A DNA stretch of 64,000 nt. Source: Emiliania huxleyi CCMP1516. Taxonomy: Eukaryota. A program made the translations under genes and the position numbers. Below, one piece after another: positions 1-12,446 of this stretch. Position 1 is the stretch's first letter. Every line of letters begins with the position of its first letter. The notes beneath the pieces were generated by a model, which was given only the letters and a program-made list of their open reading frames with translations, ran no database searches and was not told the DNA's origin. The stretch lies in contig NW_005202427.1 in NCBI RefSeq assembly GCF_000372725.1, positions 310,001-374,000 of the forward strand, given 5' to 3'.

Positions 1-216
1 GATGGGAGGACGCGGCACGCCGCCACCACACACAGGAGAGGAGGACTCCGGCCGTTCGGACCTCCCCGCTTTCTTTGTTTCTCGGTAGCAAGCCCCGGTG
101 TCAAATATAAAGAAAGCCGGCACGCCTTGCGGCGGCCCTGGGAGCCTCCACTGGGGCGGAGCCGAAACTGGTTGCCCGTTTGCAACTCCGAGAACCCAGC
201 TCAAGAACCTTCTGCG

Positions 217-1110
217 TCACACCTGCCGCACGCCCTCCTCGGCCGGCGCCATGCCAGGCGCGGCGACCGGCTCGCCCGCGCTCTGGCGCAGCTCGGCGAG
301 GGGACACCCAAAGGTCGCCTGCAGCCAGGACGCGAGCTGGGCGGCGGGTGCCGCCATCATCCACAAGCTAAAGTGGTCGGCGCCGCGCACGGAGAGCATC
401 GTCGCGCGCGCGCCACCGCTGAACCCGCGAGAGAAGCGCTCGTAGCGGCGCACCGAGCAAAACTGGTCTGCCGTGCCGCTGATGAGGAGGGCGGGCGCGC
501 GCGCCTCCCCACGCTGGAGCGGCGAGGTGACGTCGCGGCAAAAGAAGAGCGGGGCGGCGAAGCTGAGCGGCGGCGCGAGGAGGATGAGCGCCGAGAGGTG
601 CTCACGGAGCGACGGCGCGGCGTCGGCGACGCAGAGCGAGCCGTACGAGTATCCCGCGAGGATGAGTCGGCTCGGCGGCGGGTCGCAGCACGAGCGGAGG
701 AAGGCCCACGCCGCGCGGATGTCGTCGGCGGAGGAGTGGCCCCGCCCGATGCCGCACCGGAAGTTGAAGCGCAGGGTCGTGACGCCGCCGCTCTCGCCCA
801 GTGTGTCGGCGAGGGCCAGCACGTTTGGGTCATGCATCGACCCGCCCATCGGACCCCAGGGGTGGGTCACGATGGCGGCCAGCGGCGAGCCCCGATCGGC
901 CAGCATGCCGGAGCAGCACGCCGGGATGCCGGCGCACGCTCCGGCCACGGGAATCGTGACGGCCACCTCGCCGGGCGCAAAGCCACGCACGCACGCGGTC
1001 TGTATGCGGCGCTGCCGCTGCTGCAGCGCGGCCTCGCGCGCCATCGCCTCGCGGCCTGCGCGCTCGCGCTGGTAGGCCGCAGTGAGTTGCGCGGTCACGT
1101 CCGCCGCCAT
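217..1110 (-). CDS. Alpha/beta-fold hydrolase (esterase-like)
   Basis: Single ORF from ATG at 1110 (MAADVTAQ). Motifs THPWGPMGGSM, TLRFNFR, nucleophile elbow GYSYG, acid ISGTADQF and His GADHF. Confidence 0.85.
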   Translation of the reverse strand: MAADVTAQLTAAYQRERAGREAMAREAALQQRQRRIQTACVRGFAPGEVAVTIPVAGACAGIPACCSGMLADRGSPLAAIVTHPWGPMGGSMHDPNVLALADTLGESGGVTTLRFNFRCGIGRGHSSADDIRAAWAFLRSCCDPPPSRLILAGYSYGSLCVADAAPSLREHLSALILLAPPLSFAAPLFFCRDVTSPLQRGEARAPALLISGTADQFCSVRRYERFSRGFSGGARATMLSVRGADHFSLWMMAAPAAQLASWLQATFGCPLAELRQSAGEPVAAPGMAPAEEGVRQV

Positions 1111-1641
1111 GGTCAGTGCCGGCAGCTTTGGCGCCACGAAAGTCGCTAACGCCGCCGCCGCCGTCCAGGTGCGCGTCAGCAGTGGGCAGGTGTGCTTGCG
1201 CACGACTTATATTCTTTTATCTTCCTTCGAGGGACTCGAGGAGGTAATCCTTTGGCCGCGTTGGGTAGCGAGGATTGGTGTAACGTTTCCTACTCTGGGT
1301 TGCCGGAACTGCACTAGGCCAACGTCCGTTCCGGCGCCAAGAAAGAACGAACGATGGCCAAAGTGCGATACTAGTATGTAGGGCGACACGCGGGGGCGGC
1401 GGCGCACGGGGTAGGAAGTCGTTGCCTACTAGTTGCGGGATGCGGGTTCACACACACACAAAAGAAAACATGCTCGGGTTCATTTCGAGGTACCCAGCTA
1501 TCGTAGTGTGGATTCTTGAACGCGATTTCGTAACCTCCGCCCGACCGACCCGGGGGGTGATCGATTGACGGCGCCGAGGAGCTGGGCACACGTGGCGGCC
1601 GGAGGTGCCGACGACGACCCCTCCACACCCTTCTCCGAGAT

Positions 1642-3943
1642 ATGTCCCTCCTCGCGCTGCTGCTCCTCGCGCTGACGTGCTGCGAGGCCACCGAGTGGCA
1701 CAGTGCGCGCTGCGAACGCTCGCACCACGACACGGCGCGCTACTCGTGCGAGGTTGCCAAGGGTGAGCACGCAAGCGCTGATGCCGTCGGCTCTTGGCAA
1801 GACACAATTGACACGACGGGCTGGAGCAACCTGCTCGTCCGCACGCGCGCGGCGCCCCAGGACGACGGCGCTGAGGCGGCCGCATTCTCTGCCGGCTACC
1901 TCGAGGGCCACCTCACCGCCCACCGGGTGGTCCAACACCTGAGCAATGCGAGGGTGGGCGTTGGGGGCGGGGTGCGCATGGATCCTCTCCCAGAGAAGGT
2001 GGCCGGCTTCTTGCGGGCGACCGACGCGTGGACGCGCGACAAGGTCGCTCGGGCTGACCCAGACGATGAGTACTGGAACGGCGTCCGCTTCGTCCTCGCC
2101 CAGCTGGATGGCCTGCAGGCCTGACGATTCCCCTCTCGCGCACAACCGCCACTCTCTCTCCTCACGTGCTCCGCCGCTCTCGTCCTCCAGGCGGGCGTCA
2201 ATGAGAAGCTCGCCAAGGACGGGTCGCGCGAGCAGCTGGTGAGCGATTGCACTGCTGCCAACACGACTCACCGGTGGTGCCGGTGCCGGTGGTGACATGC
2301 ACCCCCACACACCCCAACCATCCCGCCCGGCAGGACAAAATGGACCTCCTCACCATCAACATGCTGTGGGAGTTGGAGGACATCAACCTCGCGACGAACG
2401 TCGCTTCGATGGCCAATTTCTCGTTGATGAGCGCGCGCGAGGTTTCACTGTATGTACGGCAGCGCACGCATTGCTCCTCGATCGTCAAGCTGCTCCACGA
2501 TGGCGCGAGGCGTTCGCAGGGCACCGCTGTACCGCGTGCCGTGTCACGCTTGCCACTGTGCATAGGTTCCGAGCTCTTCACGGGCCACAACAGCTGGATG
2601 GGTTACCACATGATGCTGCGCGTCTTCAAGCGGTACGAATTTGGTGGCCTGCGCCCCGTCGCGATGACCTCCTACCCGGGTGCCCTGGTCTCGGGCGACG
2701 ACTGGTTTCAGGTTGGCAACCTCACCATCACCGAGACGACCCTTCCTAACTACAACAATGAGATCTTCGCCGCGGTGACGCCGAAAACGGTTCCCTACTG
2801 GATCCGCGCGATGGTCGCCAACCAGCAGGCGCGCAGCGGGCCCGACTGGATGGAGGTCTTCGCCAAGCACAACTCGGGAACCTACAACAATATGTGAGTT
2901 CGCCTCCTCCTCCTCCTCCCTCCCCCCCCTCCCCCGAGGCACAACGCGTCCGCGCCGTGCTGAGCGTTCGCGCGCTGCTCAACAGGTGGATCGTTGTCGA
3001 CTACTCCAAGTTTGAGCCGTACAAGCCTGTGCGGGAGGGACTGTTGACCGTGGGTGAGCAGCTACCGGACTTCTTCTACTACGAGGATCAGACCGCCGTC
3101 CTGTCGTACGGCTATTATCCCTCCTACAATGCGGCGGCCTACCCCGAGACGGCACGCCTCATCAAGCAGGATAAGATGGCTCGTGAGAAAGGCGAGGACT
3201 TTTCGTACCAGATGGTCTCACGGGCCAAGGTCTTCCGTCGCGACCAGGCCGACATCCGCTCGGACGCTGACATGCAGCGCACCATGCAGTACAACCAGTT
3301 CAAGACGGACCCGCTTGCGAAGGGCGACCCGTGCAACCAGCTGGCCTGCCGCGCTGACCTGGACAAGGATGCCGCCGCTCGTCAGACCTTCGGCGCGATC
3401 GACGCCAAGTACACCTCGTCGGCGCACGTGCGCGCTGACCGCACCCTCGTCATCTCCGGCCCGACCAAGGACGACCAGCCCGTCTTCGACTGGCGCGCCG
3501 TCGACCCGGCCCTCGCCGCCAAGTCATCGCACAACGGCCAACCCGAGCGTTTCAACTTCCCGTGGATGGTGATGGGCGCCGACATGGCCGCCTCTCCCTG
3601 GCTCGGCGACGCGTCCAACATCCGCAGCCAGGGCGGCGCCGAGGCGTTCCAGCGCGCCGCCGAGGCAAAGTTCTCGCCCTACTTCTCGCCCTACTCCTCG
3701 CCGTTCACTGTGGGTGTCGCTCTGACCGGCAAGGCGGCACACAAGGAGAAGTCGTCACCGCTCACGCTGCTGTTCGCTGGCATCGCCGGCGCTGGGTTCG
3801 CCGTCGCTGTCGTGATGGCTCTCGACACGCGCGGCCGCCGCATCAACGCCTGGTGGTCGAAGATGGCTACGGAGCCGCTGGCGGCGGGAGGCGAGTGGCC
3901 GGTGGCCGCCGAAGGCCACAAGACCATGTACGGCGCCCACTGA
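1642..3943 (+). CDS. Phospholipase B-like (PLBD/LAMA, Ntn-hydrolase) with signal peptide and C-terminal TM helix; multi-exon
   Basis: Signal peptide MSLLALLLLALTCC. Motifs AGYLEGHLT, HCSSIVKL (Ntn Cys), ELFTGHNSW, SYPG, SGDDWF, ETT, HNSGTYNN, EQLP, YPSYN, FRRDQ, GAIDAK and SGPT lie in three ORFs joined by GC/GT-AG introns. Confidence 0.9.
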
Positions 3944-4757
3944 GCCGGCCATGTGCATTTCGCTGCTCCTGCAAGAGGTCTTCGACGCCAAGGCCCAGAA
4001 GCGCGGTAACGCGGTATCCGTCACAGCCGGCAAGCGGCAACGCATCAGGCATGTCGTACCGGTTCGAAAGGGGAAGGGCGAGCATGATGCATGACGAGAG
4101 AGTATTTTTGTACTTTTTATCAGCATGTGCATGTTGACACACCCGCCGACGCGCGCGCGGAACTGGATCTAAAACCGAGGTCGTGCCAACTGGAACTGCC
4201 GGCACCAACTTGATTCCCGGATGGGGATGCGCGACTGGTTGGGTACAGGGTAGTAGTCTAAGTTCTGAGCCTCGACGCCTAGCGGGTCTAAGCGGTGTGC
4301 TTCAGCACGCTGGGGTGCGCTTGCGTGGTCTAAGATCAGCGGGAGCCTCTTACATCGGCTAAGTCGGCCGTGGCACGGCCTGGGGCCAAGAGGCTCCCAC
4401 CGTGATCGATACGGCGCTCCGCCCAAATTTTCTTCGCCCGCGGCGGGCGCCTACTAAAATCCGGATCGATCCTCCTCATGCCTCAGCAATCGCCGCCTCA
4501 GTATCCTCCTCTTCCGATTCTCGTTGCTGCTTCTTGAGCGCAATCTCTAGCCAAACAGTTCTCGCAAATAGCCTCAAGCTCAAACAAACGCATGTCAGAG
4601 AAGCCTGTGTATGCGCTGGTCCTCTTTGAACGATCCGCGCGTGAGGTAGCATAGGACCTTGTTGGCAGCAGCCAGCTTGTTGCGCTGCTTCGTTGCGATG
4701 AGCTGATTGGGATCGCAGAAGTGCATATCCATGCCAAGCACCGCCACGATCTTGAAG

Positions 4758-4810
4758 CACTTGAGCACTTGAGCACCGGATAGGGTCGATTCCGCATGGT
4801 ACGGGACCCC
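4758..4810. repeat. Dispersed repeat fragment, also at about 10740-10800
   Basis: Shared sequence TGAGCAC(C/T)GGATAGGGTCGATT(C/T)CGCATGGTACGGGACCCC preceded by CTTGAGCACTTG. Confidence 0.7.
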
Positions 4811-5763
4811 TCGATCGTCTCGCCCACCCTCACTGGAGTGTTCATTGGGGGGGGTCATAACAAACACGGTACAGGATCGAGGTGCACGCTGCTGAGGGAC
4901 CCCAGAGGGTAGATCGAGCAGTGTCGTCCCCCCTCTCCATCATCTCACTGGAAGACGTCGGCGGCGATGACGGTGTGACCGATCGAGCTACAAGAGGAAC
5001 TTGTTCAGCAGGATCCGGGACAGGTCTGGTGCACTACCTCACTGGGCCTGAGATCACCGAGACAGCGCCCGTCACCGTCTCGGGTTTGCGTGGGGTCGAA
5101 CCACTCCGGGATGGGCAAGCCCATCAGTCTTCGTTTCGCATCTCCCCTGCACACCCATCTGGTTAATTGTCAAAATTCCTGTTGTGCAAGAGGGGAGGGG
5201 GCTCTGTCGGAGTGTGTGGGCAGAGAGGGCAGGGAATGGGCGCAGGGGAGAGGGGGGGGGGGGGGGCTCAGCCGTGCAAAAAAGCATCAATAATAACAGT
5301 AATGAAGAAATATTGCTCGGCCGTTCATGAATGAGGTCCGTCTCGATCTGGAGGAGACGGGTCAACCCCGTGAGGACCAGATCAGGTTCACATTGTCGTA
5401 GCCGGAGGGGATGTTGACCTTTAGCTGTTGGGGCCGCCGGCCACCGCTCCGCTTTGGTTTTTTCCCCACAGACCATCTTGAAGCAGAACACATCGCAAAC
5501 GCATCGTCCGCACTGCCATCGCGCATCGGTGTATGCCGCGCCCGCCGCTTCGCCGCAGCCGCCTTACGGCACGCATAGCGGCAGCACATGGTACGGTGCG
5601 CGTACTTGAGCAGGAATTGCGCGCCGCAAGTAGCGCACTGGCCCTGGGAGAAGGCGATATGGCGTCGTGCGCGGCATACGTTGGTACGGGGCTAAGTTGA
5701 GCGCTCGCTCGCTGCAGAGGCTAAGTGTAGAGCGACCCTCTAGCCCTACTACCCAACCATTGA

Positions 5764-7117
5764 TGCGCGTCTCACGGCCGGGCCACGGGACGGGGAGGGA
5801 GGCGGAGGGGGGTGGATCCGTAAATCCGTAAATCCGTAAATTTCTCTTTTGTAAGCAAAGCCATCAGAGCGCCCCCCATCACACCCAGCTACCAGGCAGA
5901 CAGAGATCCAGCACTCGCGACACGCTGAGAAGCCGGAGGCTGGCCTCTCCAATGCTCGCGCAACGCTGTCTGCACGCGCTCGGGTGCAGCTCTCCGGGGT
6001 CCGGGCGGCCCACACGGTGGGAGGGTCGACGACCGTACGACTGTAACGCTACGTATATCTCTTAACAATCACTATATTTGCGCTGCGCCTCTGCGAGTGC
6101 GATTATCAACCCCTCACGCGGGTGCATAATCCCCTCCATCTTGTCGTACAGCATTGACCTCTCCCCGCCTCTGCGGCATCAGCGCGCCTCGCCTCTGCCT
6201 CCATCGAAATCTGCCGCGCGTCGAGCTGCTCGCGCAGCTCAGCCTGCATCTTGGCCCGCATCTTGCCGATACGCCACTCACACTCAGCTCGAGCTGCGTG
6301 TTTTGCCTCGCGGTCGGCCATCCGCTCGGCCGCTTTGATGTCGCGTTTAGCAGCCTGCTGCGCTCTCCTCAGGTTGTCGCAGTCGGAGCGCCTCAGCTCT
6401 TGTGCCGCAGCAAGCTCATCCCGCGCCGACGCGAGTGCCCTCTTCACAGCGCTCGCAGAGCGCTGCTCAGAAGCGAGCTCCTTAGTCTGTGACCGCAACT
6501 TCTCTTCCAACTCCTGCCGGAGCAGCATCTCAGCACTCGCACTACTCGCGGCTGCATGGATGTCCGAGACATTACTCATTGCGTGTTTTGCGCGTCTGTG
6601 CTGACGAGAGTGCGGGAGAAGCTACCCTTGTGCTGCACAGAGATTACGCCAGCGGTAGCAGTGCTGCCTGGGGACACAACAACATTGCTCGTGGCCGAGC
6701 TCTGGCATAAGCCGCCGCACCAGCCTCTGCGGCTGCAGCGGTGCTTCGGATCGCGTCGAGCACCGCGCCCTGTATCGTGCATGAGCACAGCCTCGAACGT
6801 ACTGAGGTCGACTACCCCGAGTTCGTTGAGCAGGCGCTCCAGCACAATGCTGAGCTGCGTCGGTGCCATGTGTCGACGTGTCCAGGCGAGGGGAACGGAC
6901 GTCGCCGAAAGTCATTAGTTCACGCCGAAAAGTACGTCTAAGGCACGCCGCCCGCTACGGCTCTAGAGGAAGCTAGAGGGCACGCTCCCAGGCGGCTGGG
7001 GGCCGCTATCAAGCTCGATTAGGGCGCTTTTTGCGCGATTTTACGGAATTACGGATTGGAGCAGCTGGATTGGAGGGGGGTGGCGTCACATAGCATAGGG
7101 GGAGGGGGAGACGCGCA
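5764..7117. mobile_element. Putative degenerate TIR element carrying a coiled-coil ORF (6106-6579, minus)
   Basis: TGCGCGTCTC (5764-5773) is inverted relative to GAGACGCGCA (7108-7117). Subterminal (ATCCGTAA)x3 at about 5816-5840 is inverted relative to TTACGGAATTACGGAT at about 7041-7056. Confidence 0.4.
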
Positions 7118-7247
7118 CCGCGATCCGGGAATCAAGTCGTTGGTGCCGGCTGCCATGCCGCATGCGGTGCGGCGGGTGGTGGACTGGTGGTCCGGACGTG
7201 CAGCTTTTAGCGCAAATAATTGTAAGTAATACGCACGTCATCGGCGG

Positions 7248-8557
7248 CTAGCACTGGTAGTCGCCCCCATACTCCAGAACCGCCATGGGAACCTGGAGCT
7301 GGAGGAGTGGCGCCTGCCACGGCGCGCGGCGCGAGGCCCGCGCTACGGCGACGAGCTCTGCCGTCGCCGAATACGACTCGCGGCATCCCGGCTCTGCCGA
7401 GAAGCCTTGCGAGGTTGGCACCGGGATCGCGCCGCCAAAGGAGGCGCGCCGCGCGCGCAGCGTCACCAGGAGGCGGCGCGTGCCATCGCGCGAGGTGGCG
7501 TTGAGGGCGAGCCGCGCCTCGCACGGCCGCCGCGCGTGAGCCACCGCGTCCGCGTCCGTCGTCCGAAAGTCCCACGCGACGCCTGGCGGGGCGACGGAAA
7601 GAGTGGGACGCATCGACGCCGCGTGGACCGGTCCGGGTGCGGGCACGGTGTGTCCATCCCGCATCTACGTCGCCGTGCCCAAGTCTGCGGCGCGCAGCCC
7701 CACGACAAACGACTCCGTCTCGAGCAGACCGATGATGAAGCGGCCGCCAGTGAGCACAAGCTGCCGCACCGGGGGGGTGGGGTGGGGGGGGGGGGGGGGG
7801 TTCACAGGGTGCTGGCGCCGGCCCCGCGGCGACTGTGGGCCCGGTCTAAGGCCCACTCCTGCTCTAGGTGCCGCTGCTGCTGCTAAAGCGAGCGCTGCAC
7901 CTGCACCGCCCGCGGCGCCGGCGCGCTCGCCTGCGCCCACACCCACCCGCGCGGGAAGGCGTCCCCGTAGTTTCGCTCCACGTGCGCCGAGGCCGTGCCG
8001 CGCGTCCGCCGCCGCCCGCGCCGCAGCTCGTACCGAGTCGGCGAGGCAAAGGAGTGCACGTAGTAATGGCAGGGCAGCAGGCCGGTGCGGCCGAGCCAAC
8101 CCTCTGGCCCGGCGGTGTGCGGCGCGCGCGGGTCCCACGGCACCCGCGGCGCGGAGACGTTGGCGACGAGGCGCGCGCCACCGACGGTCACGTCTGCGAA
8201 AAGCTCGTCGCCGCTGCCCGCAATCAGCCCGGCTGGCGACGTCCAGGCGAAGCGCGGCGGCGGGCCGCGGACAGAGGGCAGCGCCGCGCCGCCACCGTGG
8301 AGTGCCGCGTGCTCCCCCGGGATCACGGTGTGCAGCGTCGCGTGCTCGCCCTCCAGCTGGTAGGCGAGCACGAGAAGGTGCTCGTGGAACCCGTGGAGCG
8401 CCGGCTCCTTTCTGGGCAGGCGCATCGAGCCGAGGATGAGTGCGATGGAGACGCGTGCAGCGTGGTCCACCAGGCGCACGAACCAGCCCTCGAACCACTG
8501 CCGCCGCCACGGAGGGAGCGGCTGCGGCTCAAACGGCAGCGAAGCGGCGGCGAGCAT
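7248..8557 (-). CDS. VTE1: Tocopherol cyclase-like protein; 3 exons
   Basis: WFEGWFVR, GPEGWL..LLPCHYYVHS, AHVERNYGDAFPRGWVWAQA, LVLTGG, RESY and LEYGG span ORFs 7883-8845, 7665-8510 and 7248-7664. The start codon is uncertain (8557 or 8686). Confidence 0.75.
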
Positions 8558-8939
8558 GCCGCGCTGGGCGCTGCGTGGCGGCCGTCTCCCACTGCGGCGC
8601 CAAAGCGCCTCTGCGCGTGCTGCACACTGGCGCGACCACCCGGCGACGATGCCGCTGTAACCCTTGGTGGCCGAGAGGTCCCGCATTTTACACGGTGCCT
8701 CTTGAAAGAGGAAAGAGGTCGAGAGCGCCGGTGAGTGTCGGCGAGCGGCGAGGAGCGCACGAGATGAGAAACCCCCGCATTCCTCCTCGAAGTTGCCCCT
8801 GGGTGCCTCTTTTCTTTCTTTCTTTCTGAAATCGGAAGACGACACTCAACGAGCAGGCCTCGAGACTTCGAGAGAGAGGGGGAGAGTGAGGGAGTAAGGA
8901 AGGAAGGAGAGAGAGGGAGCAGGGAGGGAGAGAGCGAGC

Positions 8940-9092
<153 letters not shown>

Positions 9093-9214
9093 TGCGGGTC
9101 TAGGTCGGGCGTCGGGCCGACGATATCGTTCCGTGCCAAAACGCACGCTCGTAAAGTCGGCAGAAAGTCGGGTCGGAACTTTGCCCGCGTGTCCGCCACG
9201 TGCGGCCGGCCGGG

Positions 9215-10271
9215 ATGTTGGCTCGACTCAGCCTCAGCTTGCTGGTTGCGTCGTGCGCAGCATGGTTCCCCACCGATCTGGTCCCCTTCACGGGCCCCGG
9301 CAGCACGGCTTCCTCCGAAGACGTTGAGCGCGACGGCCCGACCTGGGGAGGGGGGGAGATTCCCGAACTTGCAAACATCAAGGAGTTTTGCTTTGAGGAA
9401 TGCGGTGCGGCTGGTCCATGCAACTTCTGCGGCACAAATGGCGCGTGCTGCAAGGACGGGATGGACGTCGATGGGTGCCCCTCAGTCGGAGAGTGCGGTA
9501 AGTACACCTTTTGCTGCACTGAGAAAGGCTCACCCACCCCGGTGGCAAGGGACGAACCAGCTGCGACGCCAGCTGCGACGTCCGCAGCAGCCCCGGCTGC
9601 AGCCGCGGGCGCGCCGGTGAGCGGTGATGTGCCCGTCCTCAGCCCCGGTTCAGAGGCGTCCAAGTTCAGCTCGGCCTTCTGGATGGGGAGTTACCCGACC
9701 GAGTGCGTGGGGCTTTCACTCTGGGCCCATCGCGCCCCCGTTGCTCACTCTACTGAGAGCGGTGCCCAAGGCGCGCCCACAACACGTCGAGCGACCCTCG
9801 TTCGCGACGCACGCAGGTACGATGCGGAGGAGCTGCTCAACACCACGTGCATTGTGGAGGAGGGCGAGAGCGAAGGGGTGCTCAGCACGACCGGGGAGTA
9901 CTGCAAGGCGTGCGGCTTTTACGGCCTCAAGTACGAGACGCCCACCGGTACAAAGGGCATCCCTTGCCGAACAATCTACGCCGCCATGGCGCGCGGCTGG
10001 CCCTCGTCGTAATTCCGACACACTTGCCCTTCTCACCCTCTCATGCCCACCTCAACCTCAGACGGCGGGGATCGTCCTGCTGTTGGGCGTCGCCGGGGGA
10101 GTCGCGTCCAAGGCGGGTGGCGGCGCCACGGCAGCGCGGGGCATCGACATTACATCGACAACAACACAGGGGAAAATTCCTCTCGTGTCCGCTACCTCCG
10201 AGGCCAAGGTCAAAAGAAACCTGCAAAGTTACGCGAACGTCAAAAGGAAGAGAGAAGCTGCTTTGGTTTAG
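9215..10271 (+). CDS. Signal-peptide, Cys-rich, single-pass membrane protein of unknown function; multi-exon
   Basis: MLARLSLSLLVASCAA signal. Cys module CFEECGAAGPCNFCGTNGACCKDG..GC..ECGKYTFCC, then an Ala/Pro linker, intron 9703-9816, a second Cys module and hydrophobic GIVLLLGVAGGV. Confidence 0.6.
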
Positions 10272-11510
10272 TCGTCGGAAGAGGCGAGCATAGAAATGAT
10301 GGCAAGTGGGGCTGTTCGGAGCCGTGGCCGATATCACCCTCCACCTCGCGCACATGAGGGGCAGGCAGAACGTGAGCATGGGGCGCGGTTCGGCGCGTTC
10401 TTTACCAGTGTGCTCTGTGAGAGAGCGTTATTGCTGTGATGTCTCTCGTTGGAGCGGCTGTAAAATTACGAGTCGAAAGTTGGCCATGCGCGCGAGAGCC
10501 TCTTTCCTCAGGCGCCCCCCCACCGTCTCCCGCGCGCCGTGGCGCCGGGCCCGCCCCCCCCCCCCGCCCCCCGTGCCCCCGCGATGGGATGTGCGGATGT
10601 CCCGCGCGACTTGCCACTCGTCGTCTCTCTTTGTGTCGTTTGTCATCTTCGTTGCATAGCCGGTGGCACCGCGGCGGTGGGTGTGGGGTTCGCGGGGTCC
10701 CGCGCTCCTCGCTCTGTCTGTCTCTCTCTCTCTTGTGTCTTGAGCACTTGTGAGGAATGTGAGCACTGGATAGGGTCGATTTCGCATGGTACGGGACCCC
10801 ATGAACACCCCAGTGCATGCTGTCCGCCACATGCGACATGGGCTGCCATCGGCATACACAAGGCGCAAGCTCACCGAACGGCGGGAGGTGTACGCGACCC
10901 AGAAGAAATCGGTGCGTGTCGTTCTCGAGGTGTCGTTCCCTCCGCTGGAGTCAGAGAGGTCCCTCAGTTCCCGTTCCTCAGGACCTCCTCTCCAGCTGCG
11001 ACCGTGGATCATTGCAAGACCACGAGAGTGCTCATGCTACAAGAGGAGCTTGTTCAGCTCTCTTTATATGTCGCGCTCTCTAGATAGCTCTGCCGCGAGC
11101 CGCGTACCGGAGCCTCTCGCCCGACGCCGCGCGGTCCTCTTGTTATCTCTTGACGGCGCGCGCACACACACCAGCGCGCCGGTCTCTCGATCGTACCGTT
11201 AAAAGCTCTCTAGATCGCAGGGCGCGCCAAGAGTTAGCAGTTACAGTTAGCGGAGCAGTTTTTTCGGCTTCCTCCCCTCTATCGGGCTCACAAAAAAAGG
11301 CTCTCCGCCCGCCGCGGTCTCTGGGTCTCGGCGACTCGGCCGCTGTGGGCGCGGGTGTGTGCGCGGCGGATGGTGCGAAAACCACGATAAAATTTACACC
11401 ATGTTGCAATAGAAACCGCGGATCCCGTGCGCACGCGTCAAGAGCGCGCCGTAAGCGACGTTAAGCGAGACCTACTCAGAGACGCTCACAGCTGAGAGGC
11501 CCTCCGCTCT

Positions 11511-12023
11511 TTAGCATGTGTCTTCCTTCTTGATGAGGAAGAGGCCCTTGGCCTCGCAGTGCACCCTGGGCCGCCCGTCGCTGCAGGCGAGCGGGTCAGA
11601 GAGCGACGCCTCCACCCAGACCTTGCGCCCCTCCCTCCGCACGATCGTGGCCTCCACTCGCAGCCACGCGCCGACCGCGACCGGCGCGCGGAGCGAGGTA
11701 TCGATCTGAACCGTGAAGCCCGACCACGGCTCGCAGGTGCCAGAGGCGCAGAAGCCGCACCAGCCAATCACGTCGTCCATGAGAGCGCACATCGTCCCTC
11801 CGTGGCACAGCCCTCTATGTGACTCCGCCGCCGGGCCAAAGTGAGCGGCGCCTACCAGCCGCGGGCCTCCGCCCGGGGAGTCGAGCAGGTACCCAGGGAT
11901 GTGCACCGGTGCGGTCTGCGCGTGAACAAAGTCAGACCCGGTCCAACCATTCTCCCGCCGCCACTCGGGCCCGTTCTCCCACTCGGCGACTCGGAGCGGC
12001 GCGGCACCGTCCGCTGCGGCCAT
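11511..12023 (-). CDS. PaaI/THEM4-type hotdog-fold acyl-CoA thioesterase
   Basis: AESHRGLCHGGTMCALMDDVIG hotdog motif, FTVQIDTSLRAPV, REGRKVWVEASL and EAKGLF. The start may be at 12074. Confidence 0.85.
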   Translation of the reverse strand: MAAADGAAPLRVAEWENGPEWRRENGWTGSDFVHAQTAPVHIPGYLLDSPGGGPRLVGAAHFGPAAESHRGLCHGGTMCALMDDVIGWCGFCASGTCEPWSGFTVQIDTSLRAPVAVGAWLRVEATIVRREGRKVWVEASLSDPLACSDGRPRVHCEAKGLFLIKKEDTC

Positions 12024-12446
12024 GTCCGTCCACCACACGGGCGGCGAGTCGCGCCCCGGGTGTTGTTGCGTCATCGCGGGAGGAGCGTCCACTGGCTTTG
12101 GGCCCGGCCCGGGGAGGGGGCGGGGCGGCTGGGGCGGGGGGCAGCGGTTTTTCTTTGTTGCAAACTCCGGTTTCTCTTTTGCCTCGATGATTTCCTTCAT
12201 CATATGAGGACTGGGTTGGGACGACGGGGATGGGGTCGACCAACTAAGGCGGGGCTTCCCTACGTACGCTACGTTGCGACTGCATGTATTCCCACAGCTG
12301 CAACCACACGCTCGTGGCTGTTTCCTTTTCATGTAGTCCGCACAATCGCTGTCGTGGGATCGCTTGTCATTGTACTGCGTTTGTCCGCTTTCTCTTTTTT
12401 GCCCTCCCTCCTCTCTGCTCATGCCCTCACCCTCGCCGCTCGCGGA

